This document shows, in pieces, positions 12,604 through 22,600 of a stretch of DNA of 27,959 nt. The DNA is from Octopus sinensis (Eukaryota): contig NW_021833515.1 of the NCBI RefSeq assembly GCF_006345805.1, forward strand, positions 1 to 27,959, read 5' to 3'. The notes beneath the pieces were generated by a model. That model was not told the origin of the DNA and made no database searches. It saw only the letters and a list, made by a program, of their open reading frames with translations. A program made the position numbers and the translations under genes. Within the stretch, counting starts at the first letter, position 1. Each line of letters opens with the position of its first letter.

Positions 12604-13304
12604 ATGTATTTAAATGTAAGGGAGGTAACTTTTGAAGATTTTTAAAGTTATCCCCCTTTGTAGAGTTACCCCCATTGAACTTTACAATTTGATAATACAT
12701 AATAGTTATTTTATTAGATGTAAGGGAGGTGACTCTGAAAGATTTTTTAGTTATCTCCCTTTCTAGAGTTACTCCCCTTCTATATTATTATTAACTTATA
12801 ACGTGAAGGTAAGTAACTCTGCGAAGGAAGATAACTCTAAATCTTCCCGAGTTCCCTTATATCTAATTAAATTACTTTTACTCTTATACTTGTTTCAGTC
12901 ATTTGACTGCGGCCATGCTGGAGCACCACCTTTTAGTACTTATTCTATCGGTCTCTTTTTGTCGAACCGCTAAGTGACGGGGACCTAAATACACCAGCAT
13001 CGGTTGTCAAGCAATGCTAGGGGGAAAAACACACACACATATACATATACATACGACAGGCTTCCTTCAGTTTCCGTCTACCAAATCCACTAACAAGGCA
13101 TTGGTCGGCCCGGGGCTATAGCAGAAGACACTTGCCCAAGATGCCACGCAATTGGACTGAACCCGGAACTATGTGGTTGGTTAGCAAGCTACTTACCACT
13201 GCTTCGCCTATTATGTATTAAATTATATATTCTAGGGAAGTGACTCTAGAAAGGGAAATAGGTACAAGATTTTCCACAGTTACTTCCCTTACATGTAATT
13301 ACAT
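12604..13304. mobile_element. Foldback/MITE-like element with subrepeated inverted arms and a nested SINE
   Basis: The left end atgtatttaaatgtaagggaggtaact matches the reverse complement of the right end, atgtaattacatgtaagggaagtaact, at 24/27. Two boxes face inward from each side. Confidence 0.6.
12878..13209 (-). mobile_element. Near full-length tRNA-derived SINE nested in the foldback element
   Basis: Minus strand: gcagtggtaagtagcttgc...gggttcagtcc...ttgggcaagtgtcttc...tagacggaaactgaa...ggtggtgctccagcatggccgcagtcaaatgactgaaacaagtataagag. Confidence 0.9.
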
Positions 13305-13310
13305 TACGAT

Positions 13311-13376
13311 TGGGGTTGGGTTGGGTTGGGTTAGGGTTAGGGTTAGTTTCAGGGTCGGGGTTAGGGTTGGGGTTAG
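13311..13376 (+). repeat. Degenerate telomere-like (TTAGGG)n tract, interstitial
   Basis: TTAGGG at 13331, 13337 and 13361, interleaved with TTGGG, TCAGGG, TCGGGG and TTGGGG variants. It has ten G3/G4 runs in 66 bp. Confidence 0.75.
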
Positions 13377-14580
13377 CCTCGTTCACACATCATGCGTCCA
13401 TGGAAACAAGCCTCGTTCACACATCATGCGTCCATACAAACAAGCCTCGTTCACTCGTCATGCGTCCACACAAACAAGCCTCGGTTACCCATCATGCGTC
13501 CATACAAACAAGCCTCGTTCACACATCATGCGTCCATACATACACGCCTCGTACACACATCATGCGTCCACACAAACAAGCCTCGTTCACCCGTCATGCG
13601 TCCATACAAACAAGCCTCGTTCACCCGTCATGCGTCCATACAAACAAGCCTCGTTCACCCGTCATGCGTCTATACAAACAAGCCTCGTTCACCCGTCATG
13701 CGTCCATACAAACAAGCCTCGTTCACCCGTCATGCGTCCATACAAACAAGCCTCGTTCACCCGTCATGCGTCCATACAAACAAGTCTCGTTCACCCGTCA
13801 TGCGTCCATACAAACAAGCCTCGTTCACACATCATGCGTCCATACAAACAAGCCTCGTTCACACGTCATGCGTCTATACAAACGAGCCTCGTTCACACAT
13901 GCGTCCATACAAACAAGCCTCGTTAACACATCATGCGTCCATACAAACAAGCCTCGTTCACCCGTCATGCGTCCATACAAACAAGCCTCGTTCACCCGTC
14001 ATGCGTCCATACAAAGAAGCATCGTTCACCCGTCATGCGTCCATACAAACAAGCCTCGTTCACCCGTCATGCGTCCATTCAAACAAGCCTCGTTCACACG
14101 TCATGCGTCCATACAAAGAAGCCTCGTTTACACGTCATGCGTCCATACAAAAAAGCCTCGTTCACACGTCATGCTTCCATACAAACAAGCCTCGTTCACA
14201 CATCATGCGTCTATACAACAAGCCTCGTTCACCCGTCATGCGTCTATACAAACAAGCCTGGTTCACCCGTCATGCGTCTATACAAACAAGCCTCGTTCAC
14301 ACATGCGTCTATACAAACAAGCCTCGTTCACCCGTCATGCGTCCATACAAACAATCCTCGTTCACCCGTAATGCGTCCATACAAACAATCCTCGTTCACC
14401 CGTAATGCGTCCATACAAACAAGCCTCGTTCACCGTCATGCGTCCATACAACAAGCCTCGTTCACCCATCATGCGTCCATACAACAAGCCTCGTTCACCC
14501 ATCATGCGTCCATACAAACAAGCTCGTTCACACATCATTCGTCCATACAAACAAGCTTCGTTCACACATCATGCGTTCAT
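13376..14580. repeat. 34-bp satellite array 1 (~35 copies)
   Basis: Consensus gcctcgttcac(a/c)c(a/g)tcatgcgtccatacaaacaa, with occasional 31- and 33-bp variants. It generates the three overlapping 34-aa-periodic ORFs. Confidence 0.97.
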
Positions 14581-14964
14581 ATTATTCATATATCTGAATA
14601 ATATAATTGAGAGTTACTTCCCTCGCATATTATAATTTAACGAAAGTAATTAAATTACATTTACGGAAAGTAACTCTGGAAGATGTTATCTAGTTATCTC
14701 CCTTCCGAGAGTTAATTTCCTAAAATATAATTTTATTATTGTTAAAATATAATATTCAAGGGAAGTAACTGTTAGAAGATACTGTGTAGTTATCTCCCTT
14801 AAGTATGTAGTTATCGTAATACACTTTGTCGCTCTTAGACTCTTTCAGTTAATTCAGTGACCATGGTGGAGCACCGCCTTTAGTGAAGCAAATCAACCAC
14901 AGGAATTATTATTTGTAAGCCTATTACTTAATGTATAGGTCTCTTTTGCAGAACCGATAAGTTA

Positions 14965-15180
14965 CTGCGTTTTCATTTCTGTGTGTGTTTGTGCGTATGT
15001 GAGTGTGTGAGAGTTTGGATGTGTAACTGTGTCTTTTTCGTTGCTATATGTGTGTGTGTGTTTGTGCGTGTGTAGGTATGTAACTGTTTTCATTTCAGTG
15101 TTTGTGTATGTGTGAATGATTTTATTTCTGTGTGTAAGTGTGTGTGAGCCTCTGTGTGTTTTTATTCGTTTGTGTGTGTG
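14965..15180. repeat. TG-rich degenerate minisatellite / low-complexity DNA (larger relative at 17353-17740)
   Basis: gtaactgttttcatttc(t/a)gtg recurs at roughly 55-70 bp spacing inside (TG)n-like sequence. Confidence 0.6.
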
Positions 15181-15319
15181 CGACAATTACAGCTACAACA
15201 AACACTTTAAGCATCTCTAAGATACCCACATTTGTATATCCCTAATTTCTAAATGAAAAGAAGTTCAATTTATTGCACCTTTAGCGACTTCAGATTTGCG
15301 AGTGTTAAGCACCCCGTAT

Positions 15320-15550
15320 ATACATACCTTGATCGGCCATAATTGGCCTCATTCGGAGATCTCTCGGGTGTGGAATATTTATGACTATAGAAGTTAACTT
15401 GTTACAGGTTTTGTTTTTGGCTGAACTTTTGTAGATTTTGGGAAGTCCATAGATGTTACTGGCTTTGCAGTCAAATCTAGTCAAGCAATTTGTCTCCTTG
15501 TTTGTTAAACCGTGTTGGAACTGGTGGATAAGAGTAGACAGTTTGGTCAT
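15320..15550 (-). pseudogene. Penelope-like RT N-terminal fragment, copy 1
   Basis: LTNKETNCLTRFDCKASNIYGLPKIYKS...PHPRDLRMRPIMA matches the PLE motif FYGLPKIHK...LRPIVA. Confidence 0.75.
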
Positions 15551-16069
15551 TATCTTCGATTGACTAGTTGTTGATGCTTTTAACCGATACAGGTGTGTTT
15601 TACTCCCTGTATTTTAGCGGTTCGGCAAAAGAGAACAAGTTAGAATAAATACTAGGCTTACAAAGAATATGTGCTGCGGACGATGTGCTCGATTAAAGGC
15701 GGCGCTCCAGTATATATATATATATATATATTTATATATACACATACAGATATACGTATATATACCCACACACGCATATATATATAATCTAAAACAAAAA
15801 AGAAACTTGATTATGTCCGAAGAGTAGTACTAGATAACATTATTACTTTATATATTTGTGGGGTGTAGTGAAATGTAAATGATCAGCTGGTCAATATTTA
15901 TTTGACGTGTGGGTGTTTGTGCATGTGTGAGGACAGTCCACCCATACCCAAGATTGTTGCGTTGTCTTATGGGACCCAGCCGCGAAAGTTCCGGACCCCA
16001 TTAATGAACTCATTTGCATATCAACAATTAGGGCTCACATTGAAGTTGTCCGGTTAACAAACAGTAGTG

Positions 16070-16430
16070 TCTGAATGGGAATTAGCTTGCTTACCTAACA
16101 ATTACTTCCGAGTTCAGTCCCACTGAGTGGCACGTTAGGCAAATGTCTTCTACTAGCATATAGGCTCGAGGCGATAATAACTGTCTCGAGTCTATATGAT
16201 ATTACTTTTCCAAATCCACCACTCTCGCGTGGTTTTCTCAGCAGTAAATATAAACTAGATAGATATTTATATATATGTTTCTGTGTCCCCAAAACCGCTT
16301 GACAACCGATGCTGGTCTTTTTACACTCCAGTAACTTCGGGAAAAGACGACCAATAAATAATATTCTAGGCTGTCATAGAGTAAGTCCTAGTGTCGATTT
16401 GCTCTAGAAAAGCGTTAAAGGGCGTGTGTC
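16070..16430 (+). mobile_element. SINE with both 5' and 3' halves, interrupted by ~90 bp of unrelated sequence
   Basis: It has the same diagnostic head as units 1-3 (gtctgaatgggaattagc) and the same 3' half as 12325-12480. Confidence 0.7.
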
Positions 16431-16432
16431 AC

Positions 16433-17285
16433 GTCTGAATTATATTTTCTAGAGCTATTTCTCTCGCATATTATAATTTAATAAAAGTAAAATAATTATA
16501 TGTAAGGAAAGTAACTCTGGAAGATGTTATCTAGTTATCTCCCTTCCGAGAGTTAATATCCTAAAATATTTTATTATTGTTGAAATATAATATTCAAGGG
16601 AAGTAACTGTAGAAGATACTCTGTAGTTATCTCCCTTAAGTATGTAGTTATCGTAATATACACTTTGTCGCTCTTATACTCTTTCAGTTATCTCACTGTG
16701 ACCATGGTGGAGCACCGCCTTTAGTCAAGCAAATCAACCCCAGCAATTATTCTTTGTATGCCTATTACTTAACGTATAGGTCTCTTTTGCAGAACCGATA
16801 AGTTACGGGGACGTAATGTTCGATGTACTGATTTAGTAGGTATTTATTTATTGTAAGAACTTCAATTATTATAAATTATGGGCTAGGAAAAATACTAGAA
16901 ACTTTTTTGATATACCTATTGGGGCTCCTTGTGTGTGTGGGACTGTTTTTATTTATGTGAGTATGGGTATTTTCATTTCAGTGGTTGTTTGTGTGTGTGT
17001 GAGAGTGTTTTTATTTCTGTGTGCGCGAGTGTGTGAGCGACTGAGTGTTTCTATTTGTTTGTGTGTGTGCGACACTTACAAATGCAACAAGCACTTTGAC
17101 CATTTCTAAGATACCCACATTTGAGATCACTAAGTACTAAATCAAAATAAGTTCAATTTATTGCACCTTTAGTGACTTCAGATGTTGCTCATATTTTTCC
17201 CATGTGTCGTCAATGTATTAATTTCACAAGTGGATAAAAGAAATTCTCATACTGGCGTGGAGGGGGCTGATATTCTAACTGCGAG
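16433..17285. repeat. Duplicated block, paralogue of ~9590-10390
   Basis: Collinear box module, SINE 3' half, TG stretch and ...catactggcgtggagggggctgatattctaact. Confidence 0.9.
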
Positions 17286-17712
17286 TGCAAAGCACCCAAT
17301 GCCCCTTTACATTCTGAATAACTTGTATGTTTGTGCTAGTTAGGGTTAGGGTTTATGTGTGAGTGTGTAACTGTTTTCATTTCTGTGTGTGTATGTGTGT
17401 TTGTGCGTATGTTAGTGTGTGAGAGTTTGGATGTGTAACCGTATTTTCAATTTCTATTTGTGTGTGTCTGTGTTTGTGCATGTGTAGGTATGTAACTGTT
17501 TTCATTTCTGTGTTTGTCCGCGTGTTTGAGTGTGTGAATATGTATCTGTATTTTTATTTTTTGTGCGTATGTGAGTGTTTTTGTGAGAATTTTTTTTCAG
17601 TGTTTGTGTGCGTGGGACTTTTTATGTGTGTGTGTTGCTATTTTCATTTCAGTGTCTGTGTTTGTGTGTATGTTTTTATTTTTGTGTGTACGTGTGTGTG
17701 AGCGACTGTGTT

Positions 17713-18232
17713 TTTATTCGTTTGTTTGTGCGACGATTACAGCTACAGCAGACACTTTAAGCATCTCCAAGATACCCACATTTGCAGATCCCTAAGTTCT
17801 AAATGAAAAGAAGTTCAATTTATTGCACCTTTAGCGACTTCAGATTTGCGAGTGTTAAGCACCCAATGCCTCCCGTATCTACATACCTGGATTGGCCATA
17901 ATTGGCCTCATTCGGATATCTCTCGGGTGTGGATTATTTATAACTATAGAAGTTAACTTGTTACAGGTTTTGTTTATGGCTTAACTTTTGTAGATTTTGG
18001 GAAGTTCATAGATGTTACTGGCTTTGCAGTGAAATCTAGTCAAGCAATTTGTCTCCTTTTTTGTTAAATCGTGTTGGAACTGGTGGATAAAAGTAGACAG
18101 TTTGGTCATTACCTTCGAACGACTGTAGCTGTTTTACTCCCTGTATTTTAGCGGTTCGGCAAAAGAGAATAAAATACTAGGCTTACAAAGAAGTGCTGCG
18201 GACGATGTGATCAACTAAAGGCGGCGCTCCAG

Positions 18233-18267
<35 letters not shown>

Positions 18268-18340
18268 TTACAGATATACGTGTATATACCCACATACGCA
18301 TATATACTATATAAAACAAAAAAGAAACTTGATTATGTCA
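17713..18340. repeat. Duplicated block, paralogue of ~15160-15818
   Basis: Collinear from tttattcgtttg...cgac(a/g)attacagctac to agaaacttgattatgtc, including the PLE RT scrap and a SINE fragment. Confidence 0.9.
17879..18109 (-). pseudogene. Penelope-like RT N-terminal fragment, copy 2
   Basis: MTKLSTFIHQFQHDLTKKETNCLTRFHCKASNIYELPKIYKS*AINKTCNKLTSIVINNPHPRDIRMRPIMANPGM*. Confidence 0.75.
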
Positions 18341-18465
18341 TTATTACTTTCTTACAGATATTACAACATGAAACGTATTATATGACGTTAGGGAAGTAAC
18401 TCTAGGAGATATTTTCTGCTATCTCCCTAGTTAACAGGTCATGGACTTTTCTCGTTATTTAACTC

Positions 18466-18761
18466 TTTTACTCTCATTTACTTGTTTCAGTCATTTGACT
18501 GTGGCCATGTTGGAGCACGACCTTTAGTCGAGCATATCGACCCCAGGACTTATTCATTGTAGGCCTAGTGCTTATTCTATCAGTCTATTTCGCTGAACCT
18601 CTAAGTTATGGGGACGTAAACAGACTAGCATCCGTTGTGTAGCAATGTTTGGGAACAAAGACACCCACGCACACATATAAACATATATATGACTGGAGTT
18701 TTCCAGTTTCCTTCCACCAAATCCAATCACAAGGCTTTGGTCGGCTCGGGGCTATAGTAGA
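18466..18761 (-). mobile_element. 5'-truncated SINE
   Basis: cttgtttcagtcatttgactgtggccatgttggagcacg...acaaggctttggtcggctcggggctatagtaga; the tRNA head is missing. Confidence 0.85.
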
Positions 18762-18848
18762 TTTTTCAAACAATGCTGGTGTGTTTTCAGCGGCTCGGCA
18801 GAAAAGAATAAGTTAGAATAAATACTAGACTTAGAAAGAATAAGTGCT

Positions 18849-19278
18849 GCCTCGTTCACCCATCATGCGTCCATACAAACATGCCTCGTTCACACATGCG
18901 TCCATACAAACATGCCTCGTTCACACATCATGCGTCCATACAAACAAGCCTCTTTCACACATGCGTCCATACAAACAAGCCACGTTCACACATCATGCGT
19001 CCACTCATACACACCTCGTTCACACATCATGCGTCCATTCAAACAAGCCTCGTTCACACATCATGCGTCCAAACAACCAAGCCTCGTTCACACATCATGC
19101 GTTCATACAAACAAGCCTCGTTCACACATCATGCGTCCATACAAATATGCCTCGTTCACATATCTTGCGTCCATACAAACAAGCCTCGTTCACACATCAT
19201 GCGTCCATACAAACAAGCCTCGTTCACACATCATGCGTCCATACACACAAGCCTCGTCCACACATCATGCGTCCATAC
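18849..19278. repeat. 34-bp satellite array 2 (~13 copies)
   Basis: Same monomer as array 1, mostly the cacacatcatg variant. Confidence 0.95.
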
Positions 19279-19292
19279 ATAGATATTCATAC

Positions 19293-19663
19293 ATTCAGGG
19301 ACATGTAATTCAGGGACAGGTAATTCAGGGGAAGGTAATTCAAGGCAGGTAATCCAGGCGCAGGAAATTCAGGGGCAGGTAATCCAGGTGCATTTATTTC
19401 AGGGACAGGTAATTCAGGGGCATGTAATTAAGGGGCAGGAAATTCAGGGCCATGTAATTCACGGGCAGGTAATTGAGGGGCATGCAATTGAGGGGTATGT
19501 AATTCAGGGTCAGGTTATTCAGGTGTAGGTTATTCAGGGGCAGGTATTCCAGGGTTAAGTAATTAAGGGGCATGTAATTCAGAGCAAGGTAATTGAGGGG
19601 CAGGTAATTCAGGTTTATGTAATCCAGGTGCAGGTAATTCAGGTGCATGTAATTCAGGGGCAT
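19293..19663. repeat. 15-bp G-rich minisatellite (~25 copies)
   Basis: Consensus gtaattcaggggca(g/t). It produces the 5-aa-periodic LNY(M/L)P ORF on the minus strand. Confidence 0.93.
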
Positions 19664-22600
19664 GTAAATACCTAGTGAGTCTGTAGCTTTTGCAGAATCC
19701 GCTGCTACCGTAGGTACATCAGAACAAGGTAAATAACTAGTAAGTCTGTACATTGTGCAGAGTGCGGTGCTCCCGTAGGTACATCAGATCAAGGTAAATA
19801 CCTAGTAAGTCTGTAGCTTGTGAAGAGTCCGGTGCCCCCGAAGGTACATCAGAACAAGATTAATACCTAGTAAGTCTGTAGCTTGTGGAGAGACCAGTGC
19901 TCCCGTAGGTACATCAGAACAAGGTATATACCTAGTAAGTCTGTAGCTTGTGCAGAGTCCGGTGCTCCCGCAGGTACATCAGAACAAGGTAAATACCTAG
20001 TAAGTCTGTACCTTGTGCAGAGTCCGGTGCTCCCGTAGGTACATCACAAAAAGGTAAATACCTAGTAAGTCTTCAGCTTGCGCAGAATCCGGTGCGCTCG
20101 TAGGTACATCAGAACAAGGTATATACCTAGTAAGTCTGTAGCTTGTGCAGAGTCCGGTGCTCCCGTAGGTACATCAGAACAAGGTAAATACCTAGTAAGT
20201 CTGTACCTTGTGCATAGTCCGGTGCTCCCGTAGGTACATCAGAAAAAGGTAAATACCTAGAAAGTCTTTAGCTTGTGCAGAATCGGTGCTCTCGTAGGTT
20301 CATCAGAACAAGGTAAATACCTAGTAAGTCTGGAGCTTGTGCAGAATCCGCTGCTCCCGTAGGTACAACAGAACAAGGTAAATACCTAGTAAGCCTGTAG
20401 CTTGTGCAGAGTCCGGTGCTCCCGTATGTACATCAAAACAAGGTAAATAGCTAGTAAGTCTGTAGCTTGTGCAGAGTCCGGTGCTCCCGTAGGTACATCA
20501 GAACAAGGTAAATACCTAGTAAGTCTGTAGCTTGTGCAGAATCCGGTTCTCCCGTAGGTACATCAAAACAAGGTAAATACCTAGTAAGACTGTAGCTTGT
20601 GCAGAATCCGGTGCTCCCGTAGGTACATCAGAACAAGGTAAATATCTAGTAAATCTGTAGCTTGTGCAGAGACCGGTGCTCCCGTAGGTACATCAGAACA
20701 AGGTAAATACCTAGTAAGTCTGTAACTTGTGCAGAGTCCGGTGCTCCCGTAGGTACATCAGAACAAGGTAAATACCTAGTAAGTCTGTACCTTGTGCAGA
20801 GTCCGGTGCTCCCGTAGGTACATCAGAAAAAGGTAAATACCTAGAAAGTTTTTAGCTTGTGCAGAGACCAGTGCTCCCGTAGGTACATCAGAAAAGGTAT
20901 ATACCTAGTCAGTCTGTATCACGTGCAGAGTCCGGTGCTCCCGTAGGTACATCAGAACAAGGTAAATACCTTGTCAGTCTGTATCTTGTGCAGAGTCCGG
21001 TGCTCCCGTATGTACATCAGAACAAGGTAAATAGCTAGTAAGTCTGTAGCTTGTGCAGAGTCCGGTGCTCCCGTAGGTACATCAGAACAACGAAAATACC
21101 TAGTAAGTATGTACCTTGTGCAGAATCCGGTGCTCCCGTAGGTACATCAGAACAAGGTTAATAACTAGTAAGTCTTAGCTTGTGCAGAGACCGGTGCTCC
21201 CGTAGGTACATCAGAACAAGGTAAATACCTAGTAAGTCCGTAGCTTATGCAGAGACTGGTGCTCCCGTAGGTACATCAGAACAAGGTATATACCTAGTAA
21301 GTCTGTAGCTTGTGCAGAGTCCGGTGCTCCCGTAGGTACATCAGAACAATGTAAATACCTAGTAAGTCTGTAGCTTGTGCAGAATCCGGTGCTCCCGTAG
21401 GTACATCAGAACAAGGTAAATACCTAGTAAGTCTGTAGCTTGTGCAGAATCCGCTGCTCCCGTAGGTACATCAGAACAAGGTAAATACCTAGTAAGTCTG
21501 TAGCTTGTGCAGAGACCGGTGCTCCCGTATGTACATCAGAACAAGGTAAATACCTAGTAAGTCTGTAGCTTGTGCAGAGACCGGTGCTCCCGTAGGTACA
21601 TCAGAACAAGGTAAATACCTAGTAAGTCTGTACCTTGTGCAGAGACCAGTGCTCCCGTAGGTACATCAGAAAAAGGTAAATACCTAGTAAGTCTTTAGCC
21701 AATGCAGAATCCGGTGCTCTCGTAGGTACATCAGAATAAGGTAAATACCTAGTAAGTCTGTAGCTTGTGCAGAATCCGCTGCTCCCGTAGGTACATCAGA
21801 ACAAGGTAAATACCTAGTAAGTCTGTAGGATGTGCAGAGACCGGTGCTCCCGTAGGTACATCAGAACAAGGTAAATACCTTGTAAGTCTGTAGCTTGTGC
21901 AGAGTCCGGTGCCCCCATAGGTACATCAGAACAAGGTAAATACCTAGTAAGTCTGTAGCTTGTGCAGAGACCAGTGCTCCCGTAGGTACATCAGAAAAGG
22001 TATATACCTAGTAAGTCTGTAGCTTGTGCAGAGTCCGGTGCTCCCGTAGGTACATCAGAATGGGGTAAATACCTAGTAAGTCTGTACCTTGTGCAGAGTC
22101 CGGTGCTCCCGTAGGTACATCAGAAAAAGGTAAATACCTAGTACCTCCTTCGCTTGTGCAGAATCCGGTGCGCTCGTAGGTACATCAGAACAAGGTAAAT
22201 ACTTAGTAAGTCTGTAGCTTGTGCAGAGACCGGTGCTCCCGTAGGTACATCAGAACAAGGTAAATAACTAGTAAGTCTGTACCTTGTGCAGAGTCCGGTG
22301 CTCCCGTAGGTACATCAGAACAAGGTAAATACTTAGTAAGTCTGTAGCTTGTGCAGAATCCGGTGTTCCCGTAGGTACATCAGATCAAGGTACATACCTA
22401 GTCAGTCACTTTCTTGTGCAGAGTCCGGTGCTCCCGTAGGTACATCAGAGCAAGGTAAATACCTAGTCAGTCTGTATCATGTGCAGAGTCCGGTGCTCCC
22501 GTATGTACATCAGAACAAGGTAAATACCTAGTAAGTCTGTAGCTTGTGCAGAATACGGTGCTCCTGTAGGTACATCAGAACAAGGTAAATACCTAATAAG

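Noticed and set aside
13140-13209. tRNA-like A/B boxes, here and in the other SINE heads
   Set aside because: No cloverleaf can be formed and the sequence continues into the SINE body, so these are not tRNA genes.
13240-14635. Long overlapping ORFs (228-353 aa), also those at 18844-19352
   Set aside because: They are translations of the stop-free 34-bp satellite with exact 34-aa periodicity in all frames, and show no domain, codon or splice evidence.
15200-15300. Possible additional Penelope RT remnant (GYLE-like) repeated in each block
   Set aside because: It needs several assumed indels, and the similarity is too weak to support by eye.
19394-19753. 119-aa LNY(M/L)P-repeat ORF resembling a pentapeptide or LRR protein
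   Set aside because: It is the reverse-strand reading of the 15-bp minisatellite.
19975-19990. CTGATG on the minus strand of every 65-mer, suggesting a satellite-encoded hammerhead
   Set aside because: It reads CTGATGT, and the consensus has no downstream GAAA or stem architecture.
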